DNA of 64,000 nucleotides from NCBI GenBank assembly GCA_051362555.1, contig CM120642.1, positions 34,038,001 through 34,102,000 on the forward strand, written 5' to 3'. Below the pieces are notes generated by a model. The model was not told the DNA's origin, searched no databases, and worked only from the letters and a program-made list of their open reading frames with translations. Below are positions 62,399 through 64,000 of the stretch, in pieces. The stretch comes from Lingula anatina. Its lineage: Eukaryota; Animalia; Brachiopoda. Numbering within the stretch: position 1 is the first letter of the stretch; the number at the start of each line of letters is the position of its first letter. A program made the translations under genes and the position numbers.

Positions 62399-63784
62399 CA
62401 CACACTGGACAAAAGAAGTGTCACCCCTACTGAGCCAATACTATGGGGGAGATAAATGACTGTGGAATGATATGCTCCTGGTATCATTTTATTAACATCA
62501 AATTTCACAAAAAATCACAAAATGAGAACAAAATATACATTCTACCAAAATATGCAGTTTCAAGTCCAAAATTAGTACTTAGTGGCATAGCCACTTGACC
62601 TAATAATAGGTGCCAGTCTACGAAGCAAGGATTCATATAATTGTCTGATGCGTTCAGGGCTTATGCTGGCCCAAGCATGAAACACTGAATATAACAGAGT
62701 TTCTCTGCTGGTTAGACGGACATTTGTAAAAAGTTTTGACATATCATTCCACACATTTTCTATTATGTTTGCATCCGGACTCTGGGCAGGCCACATCACC
62801 CTGCGAATGTCCTGTTGGTCAAACCAATCATCAACTGCTCTGGGCCTGTGACAAGGAGCATTGTCATCCTGGTGAACAAATGGATAATTCCTGTCACCAA
62901 ACATGTTAGTAATAGGTGGTAGCAAGCCTGACTCCAAAACATCGATATATTTCTAGTGATTCATGTTTCCATTAACCACTATCAATTCGCCCAAGCCATG
63001 GATGCTGATGCAGCCCCACACCATGATGAATATGCTGTTCCGGGTTCGAAAATTCAGTGCATGTGGTTCAAATGCTTTACCAGCAGTTTGCCAGCATCGT
63101 ACCCGTCTGTCATCAGAGGTCAGACCAAAGCGACACTCATCAGAAAAAATATATAGGACCAATTGTCATGAACTGTCTAGTTCCAGATCCTGTTGACCCT
63201 AGTTCACTCTAAGTTGCCTGTTTTGTAACGATATAAGAAGTTTCAGACTTGCTACCCTGCTGTACACTCTCTGAGCATGTAACCGACGCCTAGCAATTTT
63301 CACAGACACATTCTTATGTGTGAAATTGTTCCACTGTGTTGTCAACTGACAAGCAGTGTCGAACTTTGACAACCTGGACATCAAAATCAGTCGTCGGTCT
63401 TCACGGATAGTATTTTTTCTTGGACGACCCATCAGAGGCAATTTGTCTCTTGATCCAGTGTTTCTATACCAAGACCAGACCCTCTGCACGGTTCTGACTG
63501 AACAATTCAATTGTATCGATATTCTGACATTGCTTATATTCCGCCTCTTCAGGTTAATAACTTACACCTATAACTGTTAAATAATTGCTTGTATCTTACC
63601 ATATTGGAGGAAGACAGGAATAACATTTGCTGTACATGTACAAGACCAACAATACAATGCCATGGTATAGCGGTTTTATACTCATTAGTCAAATTATAAG
63701 TAGACCAGGCATTATAAGTACCCAAGATCTGCCTACTTTTATTACTCTGAGTTAGGGGGTGACACTTCTTTTGTCCAGTGTGTG
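62399..63784 (-). mobile_element. Tc1 (DD34E) DNA transposon, full length, transposase inactivated
   Basis: 29-bp TIR CACACACTGGACAAAAGAAGTGTCACCCC and TA TSD. Transposase pieces 63510-63199, 63162-62953 and 62937-62572 lie in one frame separated by premature stops. Motifs GRPRK, FSDE, MVWG, QDDNAPCH and WPAQSPDANIIENVW, with 34 residues between D and E. Confidence 0.95.
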
Positions 63785-63921
63785 TATGATCATGATCTGT
63801 ACATGTTCTACTACTCATAAACCATCACTGATTTAAGTCTCAAATTCAGACGTGCCCTCTGGATATAGCCTTCACCCCCCCCCCCAACCCCCACCCCCAT
63901 CTCCGACAGTAACATACTTAC

Positions 63922-64000
63922 CTTGCATCCTATTTCAACAAAATGTGCATTTTGAACACGGGTACCGGTAGCAAACCGGTCATTTGCAAAAGCGATAACA
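63922..64000 (-). other. Possible exon of a gene entering from beyond the right edge of the window
   Basis: Strong donor AAG|gtaagt at 63921 and one open frame (VIAFANDRFATGTRVQNAHFVEIGCK). No product recognised. Confidence 0.3.

Overview
AT-rich, intron-rich animal genomic DNA, probably a mollusc (inferred from a PBZ-bearing HPF1 and HINE/Kolobok-type repeats). I reconstructed six spliced genes by hand, arranged as three head-to-head pairs: UCHL3(-)/PLAT-lipoxygenase(+), HPF1(-)/MFSD8(+), and an ankyrin-DHHC palmitoyltransferase(-)/RBX1(+). HPF1 intron 3 holds a complete, ORF-intact DIRS1-type tyrosine-recombinase retrotransposon (25378-30295), nested in a TTAA (Kolobok-like) MITE. A decayed Tc1 element, Harbinger-like and 5-bp-TSD MITEs, HINE-like elements and LINE scraps are also present. 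Two observations stand out. (1) The DIRS element appears to combine a -1 frameshift signal at the end of gag with a phase-matched GT-AG intron. One slip site would then give Gag-RT/RNH/MT from unspliced RNA and Gag-recombinase from spliced RNA, and the methyltransferase FPPF codons double as the polypyrimidine tract. (2) Eight exon-intron junctions in four housekeeping genes carry tandem duplications that copy the splice site itself. All coordinates were read by eye and no database searches were run.
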